From a virus (taxonomy: Duplodnaviria > Caudoviricetes): a DNA stretch of 55,517 bases. The position numbers and the translations under genes are program-made. Positions 27,932 through 36,397 of the stretch are shown piece by piece. A model generated the notes under the pieces. The model did no database searches. It worked only from the letters and a program-made list of their open reading frames with translations, and was not told the DNA's origin. Each line of letters begins with the position of its first letter. Within the stretch, counting starts at the first letter, position 1. The DNA lies in the IMG/VR virus record IMGVR_UViG_3300045454_000013, positions 1-55,517 of that record. The stretch is one strand, 5' to 3'.

Positions 27932-29254
27932 TTAGGCTGCGAGGCTGAAGTCGCCGACAAGCATCGGACGCCACAGGTCCTCCGTGGTCGCGATCACGTA
28001 CCGTCCGCCGTCGAGCGAGTGGTCGTTGATCTTCACGGGCTCGTCGACGCCTTCCTTCGCCTTCTTCGGATCCCACGAGTACCCGGGCGCTTCAGCGATG
28101 AACCCGGGGCAACGATCAGACACCACGAGGCGGCGCTCGGCGAGCAGCGAAGCCATCGTCGAGATCCCGTAGCCGACCTTGTTCAGACCGCCAGCGGTGG
28201 GAATGCCGATCAGATTCAGTTCCTTCTGGAAGTGCAACGCCGCAGGGTCAACGATGAAGTACTCAGGCTGCAGCGCGGTCTCGTACGGCAGGTGCGGGGT
28301 CCGCAACCACTCCTTGAACAGCGCGGCCTGCTCCGACGGTGCGACCGTTCCGGTTCCCTCACGGCGGCCGTTGTACCGCCACTCGTCAACGAGGTACAGG
28401 CGAGACCGCGTGCGACGCCGCTCGTCCTTCTCGAGCGACACGCCCAGCATCAGACCGGTCGAAGGATTGTTCGTGCCGAAGTCCATCCCGACACCGATGA
28501 GACGCTGCATCTGCGGCAACGACTCCCACGGCACCACGTGCGAAGCCGGGTCCCACATGTCGAAGATCGCGCCTTCCGCAGCGACCCACAGACCCTCGAT
28601 CCACCGCTTGTACCAAAGCCCCGTGTACTGGCCGCGCAACCGCGCCTTCACCCGGTCCGTCAGCGACGGGTTGTCATCCATCGTGAAATGGAACCGCCGC
28701 CAGTCAGGGAGCTTCCGCAGCCGGTCAATGTAGTCGACCTTCAGCCAGTGCGCCGGCGAATCCGGGTTCGTCGTCGCGAACAGCTTCGACTCGTCCAGCG
28801 ACATGCGGTTCAGGATCTGCTTGAACGCCGACTCCTCCAACACGGTGACCTCGTCGACGTACACCGCGAGGATCGTCATCCCTCGGATCTTCCCCTCAGC
28901 GCGAGAGTCGTTGATCCCGATGACCTGCACCTGATGACCAAGAATGTGAGCCACCGGCGCGTTCTGCGTGTACCGAACCGCGCCCTTGAAAGCCCGCAAC
29001 CCCGGCGAATCGTTGATCGTCGCGAAGAAGTTCCGGTAGATCGACCCGAGATTCTTCCCCACGATCACCAACTGACCGCCAGCCGCCGTCTCATCATCGA
29101 GACCAGCCAAGAACAGCAAGAACGCGAGGACAGACACGTACGTCTTCCCGCCGCGGATCGACCCCTCCCACAGGTTGAACGTCGCCGCGGGCTGCAAGCA
29201 CGCGTGAAGCGAGCGCGCCTGATTACGCCCCAGAGTCGCCGTCGCCCGACTCAT
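27932..29254 (-). CDS. terL: Terminase large subunit (PBSX-like)
   Basis: GSIRGGKT, VYVDE, TTNP, GMDFG, VDPAA, DHSLDGGRY. Confidence 0.95.
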   Translation of the reverse strand: MSRATATLGRNQARSLHACLQPAATFNLWEGSIRGGKTYVSVLAFLLFLAGLDDETAAGGQLVIVGKNLGSIYRNFFATINDSPGLRAFKGAVRYTQNAPVAHILGHQVQVIGINDSRAEGKIRGMTILAVYVDEVTVLEESAFKQILNRMSLDESKLFATTNPDSPAHWLKVDYIDRLRKLPDWRRFHFTMDDNPSLTDRVKARLRGQYTGLWYKRWIEGLWVAAEGAIFDMWDPASHVVPWESLPQMQRLIGVGMDFGTNNPSTGLMLGVSLEKDERRRTRSRLYLVDEWRYNGRREGTGTVAPSEQAALFKEWLRTPHLPYETALQPEYFIVDPAALHFQKELNLIGIPTAGGLNKVGYGISTMASLLAERRLVVSDRCPGFIAEAPGYSWDPKKAKEGVDEPVKINDHSLDGGRYVIATTEDLWRPMLVGDFSLAA

Positions 29255-29696
29255 CAGACTCGAAGCCGCCCTCAGGCTGCCCGTAACTGTCTCCCGCGCC
29301 GAACAGGTCCTTCAAGCCGCCAGCGAAGTCCAGCAGCGCCTTCCGAACCTCCGCGCCCGTGTCATCCGCCTTGTGGTCGTACAGGCCGAGCAGCCGAGCG
29401 CGCTGGTCCATGATCTTCAGCGCGCGGTCCACGGAGAAGTTGTCGCCGTTGCGGGCGGACTCGTAGAGACCGGCGAGCATGTCGTCGAGGCGGAGCAGCT
29501 CAAGCTCGAGAAGTTCGGTCGCGGATTCGCGGGTGATGTCTCGGAGTGCTTGCTGCACGGCCCTGTGTGCGCTGCCCTTGTTGGTGTATCCGACCTCGGC
29601 TGCGATGTCTTCGAATGCCCAGCCGGCGCGGCGCAGGTCGAGTGCCTGCTTCCGCTTCTCAGCGGCGGTCGCTTTCCGTTCGGTTGCGTTCACCAT
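29223..29696 (-). CDS. terS: Terminase small subunit
   Basis: N-terminal HTH, RARLLGL motif; overlaps terL. Confidence 0.85.
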   Translation of the reverse strand: MVNATERKATAAEKRKQALDLRRAGWAFEDIAAEVGYTNKGSAHRAVQQALRDITRESATELLELELLRLDDMLAGLYESARNGDNFSVDRALKIMDQRARLLGLYDHKADDTGAEVRKALLDFAGGLKDLFGAGDSYGQPEGGFESDESGDGDSGA

Positions 29697-29808
29697 GGGG
29701 TTGCTCCTTTGACGCTGCCCGCGCCTGGCGGGTCAGTGGGATGCTTCCGGCGCCTGGCCGGGCATGTAGCTCGATGGGTGGTGCCATCGGGAGGCGTGTG
29801 CGCGGGGT

Positions 29809-30102
29809 TCAGGATCCCGAGGTGCGGGACGCTGAGGACGATGAGGCTCGGCGGCTGCGTAGCCCGTTGAGGTATGTGGTGGGGTTGGCCCAGAGGTTGC
29901 TGGCTGCGCTCATGGCGCGAGCTGAGCCGGCGCGTGCGATGGTTCTTGCGCCTCGGGGGCGTGGGGATGTGATGGTGCGGGAGAGTCCGCCGCTGGTGGT
30001 GCTGGTCGCGATGCGGCCTTGGCCGATGTCGATCCCGGTGCGGGTCGTGGTGCCGGCGAGGCCGATCCGTGTTGTGTACTCGACGAGGTCACCGATCGCC
30101 AT
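29809..30102 (-). CDS. Arg/Ser/Thr-rich small protein C (97 aa) ending RTSGS
   Basis: AAGGAAGGAG RBS; shared C-terminal motif. Confidence 0.75.
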   Translation of the reverse strand: MAIGDLVEYTTRIGLAGTTTRTGIDIGQGRIATSTTSGGLSRTITSPRPRGARTIARAGSARAMSAASNLWANPTTYLNGLRSRRASSSSASRTSGS

Positions 30103-30122
30103 GGCGGGATCTCCTTCCTTGG

Positions 30123-30166
30123 GAGAGCCCCAGAGGAGATGTGGGGGTCGATCCTCTGGGGCTCTC
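30123..30166. terminator. 15-bp stem-loop between peptides B and C
   Basis: GAGAGCCCCAGAGGA/TCCTCTGGGGCTCTC. Confidence 0.7.
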
Positions 30167-30176
30167 GTTCGGTGGT

Positions 30177-30332
30177 TCAGGATCCGCTGCTGCGGGCGTT
30201 GGTCGCGTTCGCTGCTGTGCGGGTCCGGGTTGTGCGGCGTCCGGAGAATCCGGTGCCGCCCATGAGGTTCGCGAAGCCTTCTGCTGTGGCGATGCCGCCG
30301 CCGATGTACTGCGCGAGGGTGCGGTTACGCAT
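30177..30332 (-). CDS. Basic peptide B (51 aa) ending RSSGS
   Basis: Hand-translated MRNRTLAQYIGGGIATAEGFANLMGGTGFSGRRTTRTRTAANATNARSSGS; AAGGAGG RBS. Confidence 0.75.
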   Translation of the reverse strand: MRNRTLAQYIGGGIATAEGFANLMGGTGFSGRRTTRTRTAANATNARSSGS

Positions 30333-30356
30333 GGGGGTTCTCCCTCCTTCGGGGGG

Positions 30357-30464
30357 TCAGGAACCGGAGGTGCGGCCGCCGGCGGCGGAGGCTGCGCGTC
30401 GGGCCTGGGAGCGGCGGAACGCGGTGCGGATGCCGCGGGCGATGTTGCGGAAGCGCTCACGCAT
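30357..30464 (-). CDS. Basic peptide A (35 aa) ending RTSGS
   Basis: Hand-translated MRERFRNIARGIRTAFRRSQARRAASAAGGRTSGS; GGAGGTGA RBS. Confidence 0.75.
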   Translation of the reverse strand: MRERFRNIARGIRTAFRRSQARRAASAAGGRTSGS

Positions 30465-30494
30465 GGGGGAGTCACCTCCCCTCGGTGGTCTTGG

Positions 30495-30671
30495 TCAGGC
30501 TGTGTACTCGGCTCGGGGCCGGTCGATGTGGGTGAGAGTGTCGGCTTCGCTTCTGGCCCAGGCGGTGCCGTTGAGCCACCAGCGTGAGCCGTCCGCGAGG
30601 GTGACGATGTCGCCGGTGCGAGAGACGAGCCCGCCGTGAGCGAGTTCCTCGGTTCGATCGCTACTTGCCAT
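30495..30671 (-). CDS. 58-aa hypothetical protein
   Basis: Hand-translated MASSDRTEELAHGGLVSRTGDIVTLADGSRWWLNGTAW...; overlaps the upstream stop. Confidence 0.55.
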   Translation of the reverse strand: MASSDRTEELAHGGLVSRTGDIVTLADGSRWWLNGTAWARSEADTLTHIDRPRAEYTA

Positions 30672-31041
30672 CGGTCATGTCGATGTTGAGGCGGTCGGTG
30701 ACTTCGCGGCCGTCGAGGTACTTGTCGCCGAGGTCGGCGAGGCCCGCGCGCTGCAGGAACAGTTCCTTCTCTTCGCGGGTGGTGAAGCACACCGCGAACC
30801 AGTACTCGGAGTCGGTGGCGCGCTTGAACCGGCCAGCTTCTTGCTTCGCGCGGTCACGGTAGCCGTGCTCGAGCGCGGTGAACTCTGCGGCGGCGTCGTT
30901 CTTGAGGTCGCCGGTGTACTCGACCTCGGCGAGCGGGTCGGGTTCGGGAGTGTACTTCGGGCGGCCGGTGAGTCCGGTGGTGCGGCGGGCGCCGGTGTTG
31001 GGCTTGCGGGGACCGGTGAGGCCCGATGAGTCGCGGGTCAT
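30661..31041 (-). CDS. Hypothetical protein accompanying the PP-loop enzyme
   Basis: DSEYWFAVCFTTREEKELFL..GDKYLDG; ATGA-coupled. Confidence 0.75.
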   Translation of the reverse strand: MTRDSSGLTGPRKPNTGARRTTGLTGRPKYTPEPDPLAEVEYTGDLKNDAAAEFTALEHGYRDRAKQEAGRFKRATDSEYWFAVCFTTREEKELFLQRAGLADLGDKYLDGREVTDRLNIDMTDGK

Positions 31042-31286
31042 GATGCGCGCTCCATGGTCTCGTCGTCGATGTGCGCTGCCGGGATGCCTGCGAGGGCTGC
31101 GCGCGCTTCATCCGCGGTGTCGAACCTTGCCGCTCGGACTGATCCGGCGCTCTCTGAGGTGCGGGACGCGCCGCTGAGAGTCACGGCGTATCCGGTGACT
31201 GGCCATCCGCTCTGAGTCGGATCATGCAGCGGCACGATTCGGTAGGTGAGTATTCCCTGGCCGGAGGCGGGGAGTCTGACGCTCAC
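31038..31286 (-). CDS. Hypothetical protein (82 aa)
   Basis: GTGA / ATGA coupling at both ends. Confidence 0.6.
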   Translation of the reverse strand: MSVRLPASGQGILTYRIVPLHDPTQSGWPVTGYAVTLSGASRTSESAGSVRAARFDTADEARAALAGIPAAHIDDETMERAS

Positions 31287-32014
31287 GACGCGGCCGCCAC
31301 GTCGGCTCGGAACAGCTCGAGATCCGCGAGTGGGAACCAGTCGAGGATGCGGTGAAAGTCGTCGGGTGCGTGGTCGCGAATGGGGCCCAGGAATCGGTGG
31401 TCGATGCCATCGAACGAACGGCCGAACCACTGGTAGTCGACGGGGAGGTGGATACCGGCCGCGGCGATGCGGTCGAGTACTTCGCTCTTGAGCCAGTCCG
31501 CGATGGGGGACACCTTGTGGTCGCGGGGTTTGAGGATGCCGTGGCGGGTGAAGCTTGCGCGGCGGACGATGCTGTCAGCTGCGCGGACGCCGTCAGCGAC
31601 CCAGGTGTCTTCGGGGAGGCTGAGTTCGCGGCGGATCAGCGCCCACATGACCTTGTAGTCGGGGGTGGGGAGTCGGGCTGCTTCGATGACCTCGCACCGT
31701 TCAGGGGGCTGGAACACGAAGTTGTTCAGCCACCGGTAGAACGATGGGTGCGGGTAGCGGTGGATCGGCTTCCCCAGTGCGCGCTCAAGGTCGGTGAGGC
31801 CCTGCTCGACGAACTCGAGTGTGTGGCCAGGCCGGCGGCCCGGGATGTAGTACAGGTACACCAGCTCGGTGGTCACGCCCGCATCCTGCAGCGCGAGCTC
31901 AGTCGCGATCGCATCCTTGCCGCACGAGAACGCAACGAGCACAGTCCTACCCTCAGCGGCGAGCTGCGCACGGACCTCAGCGCTTGTCGGCTGACCCTTG
32001 ATCACAGTGGGCAT
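31283..32014 (-). CDS. PP-loop adenine nucleotide alpha-hydrolase (PAPS-reductase-like) enzyme
   Basis: VLVAFSCGKDA PP-loop, GVRAADSIVRR, PIADW. Confidence 0.85.
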   Translation of the reverse strand: MPTVIKGQPTSAEVRAQLAAEGRTVLVAFSCGKDAIATELALQDAGVTTELVYLYYIPGRRPGHTLEFVEQGLTDLERALGKPIHRYPHPSFYRWLNNFVFQPPERCEVIEAARLPTPDYKVMWALIRRELSLPEDTWVADGVRAADSIVRRASFTRHGILKPRDHKVSPIADWLKSEVLDRIAAAGIHLPVDYQWFGRSFDGIDHRFLGPIRDHAPDDFHRILDWFPLADLELFRADVAAAS

Positions 32015-32223
32015 CAGACGGTCTCCAACTCGACGGCATCGAACCGGTCGGCGATTCGGGCGGCGGTGCGCTCGGCGCGGGCACGGGTCGGGTATCGGTC
32101 CGCGGCGGCTATGTCGAGAGTGAGCGAGTATTTCGCGCGGAGGTCGAGACCGACCTCGGTGTGGAGGTATCCGGTCTCGCCGCGGGTGGTGACCAGGATC
32201 CGGGTGGGAGCCTCAGTGGACAT
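32014..32223 (-). CDS. Hypothetical protein, first gene of the module
   Basis: TGATG coupling to the PP-loop gene; starts right next to the operator. Confidence 0.65.
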   Translation of the reverse strand: MSTEAPTRILVTTRGETGYLHTEVGLDLRAKYSLTLDIAAADRYPTRARAERTAARIADRFDAVELETV

Positions 32224-32226
32224 GCG

Positions 32227-32291
32227 GATAGTCTACATAGTAGACGCTAAAAGGTCTACTATGTAGACTATCGAGTGTGTACGATGTGGAC
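32227..32291. promoter_or_regulatory. Divergent promoter with GTCTAC-N3-GTAGAC operators
   Basis: Perfect 19-bp inverted repeat (32227-32245 / 32254-32272), each arm palindromic; degenerate third copy at 32277-32291. Confidence 0.8.
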
Positions 32292-32306
32292 GGTAGCCTA
32301 GATGGC

Positions 32307-32480
32307 ATGGCATCCGCTCTGTCCCAGCTCGCGCGCATAGCTCGCGAAGCATCCAGGCGACCCGACCTCATCGCGCAAGCCCGAGAGGAAGGCGCGACAT
32401 GGGATCAGATAGCCGAGGCGCTGCAGATGAGCAGAGCGGGAGTGATCAAGCTGCACGGGAAGCGGCCGAACGCAAAGTAG
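32307..32480 (+). CDS. Small HTH transcriptional regulator
   Basis: AREEGATWDQIAEALQMSRAGV; alternative start at 32277. Confidence 0.8.
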   Translation: MASALSQLARIAREASRRPDLIAQAREEGATWDQIAEALQMSRAGVIKLHGKRPNAK

Positions 32481-32815
32481 ACGCGATCCTGGCCGAGATC
32501 GATCTCGATGCAGCCGATAAGAAGCGCGCGTACCTGGCGGAACAACATGATCCTTCGATGCCATATCTGGTCTATCGACTGTTCGACCACGACTGGAGCG
32601 TGGCGTACGTCGGCGCAACGCGGGACTTCATGGCCCGGATGCTCGCTCATATGGCCACCCGCTGGTGGGTAGACATTGACGTCGAGGTGATCGTCACCGA
32701 GAAATTCGGATCGGCCGAAGATGCGGCCGAACGGGAGCAGGAACTGATAGCGATACTCGCGCCCCGCCACAACGTCGAAGGCAATGGACGACGGAAGTAC
32801 CGCAGCTACAGGTGA
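32399..32815 (+). CDS. GIY-YIG nuclease domain protein; start uncertain
   Basis: LVYRLF..AYVGAT..RMLAH..EQELI..PRHN. Confidence 0.75.
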   Translation: MGSDSRGAADEQSGSDQAAREAAERKVDAILAEIDLDAADKKRAYLAEQHDPSMPYLVYRLFDHDWSVAYVGATRDFMARMLAHMATRWWVDIDVEVIVTEKFGSAEDAAEREQELIAILAPRHNVEGNGRRKYRSYR

Positions 32816-32848
32816 CGGGCGAGACGGATGGCGTTAGGATCCCTGGCC

Positions 32849-33163
32849 ATGGGACTGTTCAGTAGGAAGCCTCGCGGGTTGTCGCCAGCCGAGGAGGCAG
32901 CGCGACGTCGAGCCGCGCACATCCCTGATCCCAAGGTCGCGCCGGCGGCTACCGACCATCGACAGCCGGCGCCGACCGTAGCTGTGCCCCGGTTCGAGAC
33001 GAAGACCGTGACGCTGTCGAAGTACAGCTTCAGCAAGGGCCTGACTGACGTGCCGCGCGAGCTTGAGAAGTACGTCGCGGACGGCTGGGAGATCGTGTCG
33101 GAGGATCTGAAGAAGTACGGGCGGGGCGGGAAGCACTCGATCCTGCTGCGTCGCCCGGTGTAG
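32849..33163 (+). CDS. Hypothetical protein
   Basis: MGLFSRK start; DGWEIV..ILLRRP C-terminal domain. Confidence 0.6.
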   Translation: MGLFSRKPRGLSPAEEAARRRAAHIPDPKVAPAATDHRQPAPTVAVPRFETKTVTLSKYSFSKGLTDVPRELEKYVADGWEIVSEDLKKYGRGGKHSILLRRPV

Positions 33164-33202
33164 CCAGTCTCCCGGTTGTCTTCTTCTACCGTCTCCGTTT
33201 TC

Positions 33203-33427
33203 TCACGTTTTATCAAGGATGTTCGGTGTCGGCGTGTCGCGATGCTCCAGATCACCCGGTTCGGGATCGAACTCGCGTGGTCGCTCCTCCTCGTATCGCT
33301 GCATCGCCAGCTCCAGATCGTTGTGCGCCGCGTAGAGTGCGGCCGTGGGCGAACTCCCGTGCGCGTCATTGAAGTCGATGCGGCGACCGTTGCGGTAGAT
33401 CGAGATGCGGGCCTCGTACTCAGCCAT
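33203..33427 (-). CDS. Hypothetical protein
   Basis: GGAGGT RBS before ATG at 33427. Confidence 0.55.
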   Translation of the reverse strand: MAEYEARISIYRNGRRIDFNDAHGSSPTAALYAAHNDLELAMQRYEEERPREFDPEPGDLEHRDTPTPNILDKT

Positions 33428-33559
33428 GGTCCACCTCCGACGACGGATCACCCGATTCCTGGACCTGAGCGCCGACGTACTCGCCGTGCGTCCAGTGGAG
33501 CCGGTCACCGACAAGTGTTTGGCCGATCGTCTCGCCACACTCGCACGTCCCGATGATGG

Positions 33560-33886
33560 TCATGACTCCGAACCTTCCGAACCGTCAGGTGAGTGGAACT
33601 GGTCATCCGGGTGGCCGAGCCCGAGCACAACGTGACCCGGTACGATGCCACCAAGGTCGCGCAGGTTCGGATCGCCCGCGTAGACGAAAGTCACGTACCG
33701 GATGATCGGCGGACGGCGCTTGTCGCATCGGTCGCTGCCACACTCGCAGGACGACGTGTCAACGAGCACGAGTGTGTCGCCGCGCTGATATGCCCTGTCG
33801 TTGCGGCGCACCTCAAACGTCTTCTCGCCGCTGAGCACGGCCGAGAAGTATGGCTCGATCGTCTTGAGCGTGTGCGTGGTCATCAC
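33560..33886 (-). CDS. ASCH / DUF3850-like protein
   Basis: HTLKT..YF.AV.SGEKTFEVRRNDRAYQRGD. Confidence 0.85.
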   Translation of the reverse strand: MMTTHTLKTIEPYFSAVLSGEKTFEVRRNDRAYQRGDTLVLVDTSSCECGSDRCDKRRPPIIRYVTFVYAGDPNLRDLGGIVPGHVVLGLGHPDDQFHSPDGSEGSES

Positions 33887-34329
33887 TTACCCCCATCCGT
33901 TTGGTTTCCGGTGCCGGTACCCCCGAACCGAGGACCCTTCGCTGCAGCCTGCCCCTCGTCATAGAGGCGCTGAGGATCGATACCACGCTGTTCAAGCCAC
34001 TCCCACAGCATCTCGGGGTAGTAATCCCCTGACTGCGACTCGGAGATGTACGTCTCGGCTATCCCGTCGTGGTCCTCGGCAGGCGTGACGGCTTGCAGCC
34101 GCATGAGCAGCGAAGCTACCTCGGCTTGCCACAGCCACGTGTGCAAGTGCAGGACGTAGGCGAGCATGTCGGCGTCGCTATGCCCATCTGCGAAAGCTCG
34201 GTTCATCAGTGCGTGCGCTCGACCGTAGCCCTCCTGAGCGTTGGCGAGGTAGGAACGCACGAGGGCCTCCATCGTGATGTTCTTGTCGCCCCACTGAGGC
34301 ATTGGGGCGATCTCTTCGGCGTAGCTCAT
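33883..34329 (-). CDS. Hypothetical cassette gene
   Basis: Starts within the conserved junction repeat. Confidence 0.7.
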   Translation of the reverse strand: MSYAEEIAPMPQWGDKNITMEALVRSYLANAQEGYGRAHALMNRAFADGHSDADMLAYVLHLHTWLWQAEVASLLMRLQAVTPAEDHDGIAETYISESQSGDYYPEMLWEWLEQRGIDPQRLYDEGQAAAKGPRFGGTGTGNQTDGGK

Positions 34330-34703
34330 TTCTCCTCCTGGGTACGGATCGGTTGGGCAGGGTGGAAGCCGATCAAGTGACACTCCGGGCACTCTTCCCA
34401 ATGATGAGCAGGCAACCACTCGCCCTCGAACTTTGGTTGGCGGCCGGGAACCTTCACCGAGCCCTGACCGCCACAGGTCGAGCATGGCCGCGCCTCGGGG
34501 TGATGCTGCGGACACAACACACGTTCACCGTCGTAGAACCAGATCAGCTCCACGCCGAACTTCTCGTGCGTTTCTCTAAGCTCCTTCTCGACCGACGCGA
34601 GAGGCAAATGGCTTGCCTCATAGTCGTATTCGTTCGGAATGGATTCCGCGCAGCTTTCGACGTCGCATTCGGCGCGGTAGAACGTCTCGCTCGTGATGCT
34701 CAT
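34326..34703 (-). CDS. Cys-rich hypothetical cassette gene
   Basis: Several Cys motifs; bounded by junction repeats. Confidence 0.7.
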   Translation of the reverse strand: MSITSETFYRAECDVESCAESIPNEYDYEASHLPLASVEKELRETHEKFGVELIWFYDGERVLCPQHHPEARPCSTCGGQGSVKVPGRQPKFEGEWLPAHHWEECPECHLIGFHPAQPIRTQEEK

Positions 34704-35107
34704 TTCTCCTCCTGGGTACGGTTCTCTTGGGCAGGGAGTTGGCTTTCAATTCCGGTCAGGAGGTCGAGAAGCTGGTTGCGCCCGTCCTCGGCGAGCACGT
34801 CGACAATGAACTCGGCTTCCTCATCGACGGTGAACAGGTAGCGTCCGTTCACCACGCCGACAGTGGTCGGACTCTGACGGCCTGCGGGATGGAACATGCC
34901 GACCCGATACGGCGGATTGCCAACAGATCCGACGAGCGCCTCGGCGTCGTCGATGAAAGCCCACGCACGGTCGACGGGCGTTCCCCACTTGGCTGGGCCA
35001 CCTGGAAGGCCCACCGACAGGGCTTCGGCAAGAGCCCACATCTTCTCGTCGTGGAAGCAGTCGTCAGCCATGCCGTTGGCTTGGCATCCGGGGCAGACGT
35101 AGCTCAT
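34700..35107 (-). CDS. Hypothetical cassette gene
   Basis: Bounded by junction repeats. Confidence 0.7.
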   Translation of the reverse strand: MSYVCPGCQANGMADDCFHDEKMWALAEALSVGLPGGPAKWGTPVDRAWAFIDDAEALVGSVGNPPYRVGMFHPAGRQSPTTVGVVNGRYLFTVDEEAEFIVDVLAEDGRNQLLDLLTGIESQLPAQENRTQEEK

Positions 35108-35388
35108 GATTCCTCCTGGGTACGGTCCGGTTGGTTGGTGTACTTGGTCATGTCGGCTCGGCGGTTGTGTGATGGCCGATGCCTGGGGCGTCCCGGGCGC
35201 CGGGCGCCGGCGGCGCGGAGGATGTCGTCGCCGCGCATGCGAATGACACCATCGGAGCCTCGACGCCGGCGCACCCCGCCGGGAGCGTCCGCGGTGCCAG
35301 CGAGGATCCGGTAGATGGTCGCTTTCGACTTCCGGGTGACCTCGACGGCTTCGGCGACGGTGATCCATGGGGGTTTCTGTTCGGTCAT
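35104..35388 (-). CDS. Excisionase-like HTH DNA-binding protein
   Basis: WITVAEAVEVTRKSKATIYR. Confidence 0.7.
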   Translation of the reverse strand: MTEQKPPWITVAEAVEVTRKSKATIYRILAGTADAPGGVRRRRGSDGVIRMRGDDILRAAGARRPGRPRHRPSHNRRADMTKYTNQPDRTQEES

Positions 35389-36068
35389 CGGCGGGCCCTT
35401 TTCCTGTAGACGGAGTTCTCGATGTAGGCGATGTCGTCGTGCGCGGCAGGGTTCACGGTGTGCCCGCATTTCGGGTTTCGGCACTTCACCACAACCTCGG
35501 CGCCCTCATGCGCCGGTGGATGCCACACGAGGGTCAGTTGCTCGCATTCAGGGCAGTAGGTGCGGTGCAGCTTCCGAGACGGTTCCCGCACCTCGTGGCG
35601 TTCCGGGACACCCCGCATGGCCGCGGCGAACCGGAGCGCATCTTGGGCGCCGTCTTCCCGCGCGACCCACATGTCGATGCCGCCGCGGTCCGGGTAGGAC
35701 CTGTGTGCGCGGGCGATCGCGTCCCAGTCCAGGTGGACGCTTGAGATGGGGACGTAGCCGAGGGCGCGGCCGCCGCCGGAACCATCCGGGGCCACGGCCC
35801 GGTCGGTGGGGCCGAACGCGCGGGCGAGGGGCCGCCACGCGGCGTATGCCGCCAACGCTGTCTGCACCTTCACGTAGCAGCGGGAGCACACGAATCCCAC
35901 GTCGGCGCGGCGCGGCGCGCACCCGGGGCACTCTTCGCCGGTCGCGACCTCCCAGCCCTGCTCGGGGTCGTACCGGTACTCCCGCCCGTCGCACACGGTC
36001 TCGTGCTCGCCTGGAAGCACGCACGACCGGATCTCTGGGATGAAGTTCGAGACGCACACGATCGTCAT
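35385..36068 (-). CDS. Zn-finger-containing phage protein
   Basis: CPGC, CSRC, CPEC, CRNPKC. Confidence 0.7.
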   Translation of the reverse strand: MTIVCVSNFIPEIRSCVLPGEHETVCDGREYRYDPEQGWEVATGEECPGCAPRRADVGFVCSRCYVKVQTALAAYAAWRPLARAFGPTDRAVAPDGSGGGRALGYVPISSVHLDWDAIARAHRSYPDRGGIDMWVAREDGAQDALRFAAAMRGVPERHEVREPSRKLHRTYCPECEQLTLVWHPPAHEGAEVVVKCRNPKCGHTVNPAAHDDIAYIENSVYRKRARR

Positions 36069-36397
36069 GCGGTGTCACCGTCCTTCGGCTTGTAGGCGAT
36101 GCAAGCCGGCCACCGTTTCGTCATGTCGCGGCCGTCGCCTCGGCGGTTCTTCGACCGGGGGTCGGGGGTGCCGCACTTCCATCCGGAGAAACCGCCGGCG
36201 TGCTTCTCGCGGAGAAGTGCACAGTCCCCGCACGTCTTCCCGTTGTTCGCGAGCGGCATCTTCGTGGCCGGGTGGATGCCGGCATCGATCATCGCTGCGT
36301 CGATCAGACGGCGAGGTGTCGAATCCGGTCGCGGCTTCCTCGGACCCTCGACATGGGGTGGCGGCGGGTCGAAGCCAGGCAGGACGGCGTCAATCAT
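36065..36397 (-). CDS. Hypothetical Cys-containing protein
   Basis: TCGDC..KC..WPAC; coupled to neighbours. Confidence 0.65.
   Translation of the reverse strand: MIDAVLPGFDPPPPHVEGPRKPRPDSTPRRLIDAAMIDAGIHPATKMPLANNGKTCGDCALLREKHAGGFSGWKCGTPDPRSKNRRGDGRDMTKRWPACIAYKPKDGDTA

Larger units (their letters stand above)
34324..35125 (-). repeat. Three copies of a 24-bp gene-junction repeat (34324-34347, 34698-34721, 35102-35125)
   Basis: Minus-strand CCGTACCCAGGAGGAGAAATGAGC twice exactly, third copy near-identical. Confidence 0.9.

Noticed and set aside
27575-29413. 612-aa plus-strand ORF
   Set aside because: Antisense shadow of terL
30089-30790. 233-aa Pro/Ser-rich minus-strand ORF
   Set aside because: Low complexity, crosses a terminator-like hairpin and overlaps RBS-supported short ORFs in other frames
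34324-35125. Junction repeats as a CRISPR array
   Set aside because: Spacing is about 375-400 bp and filled by whole genes; no cas genes
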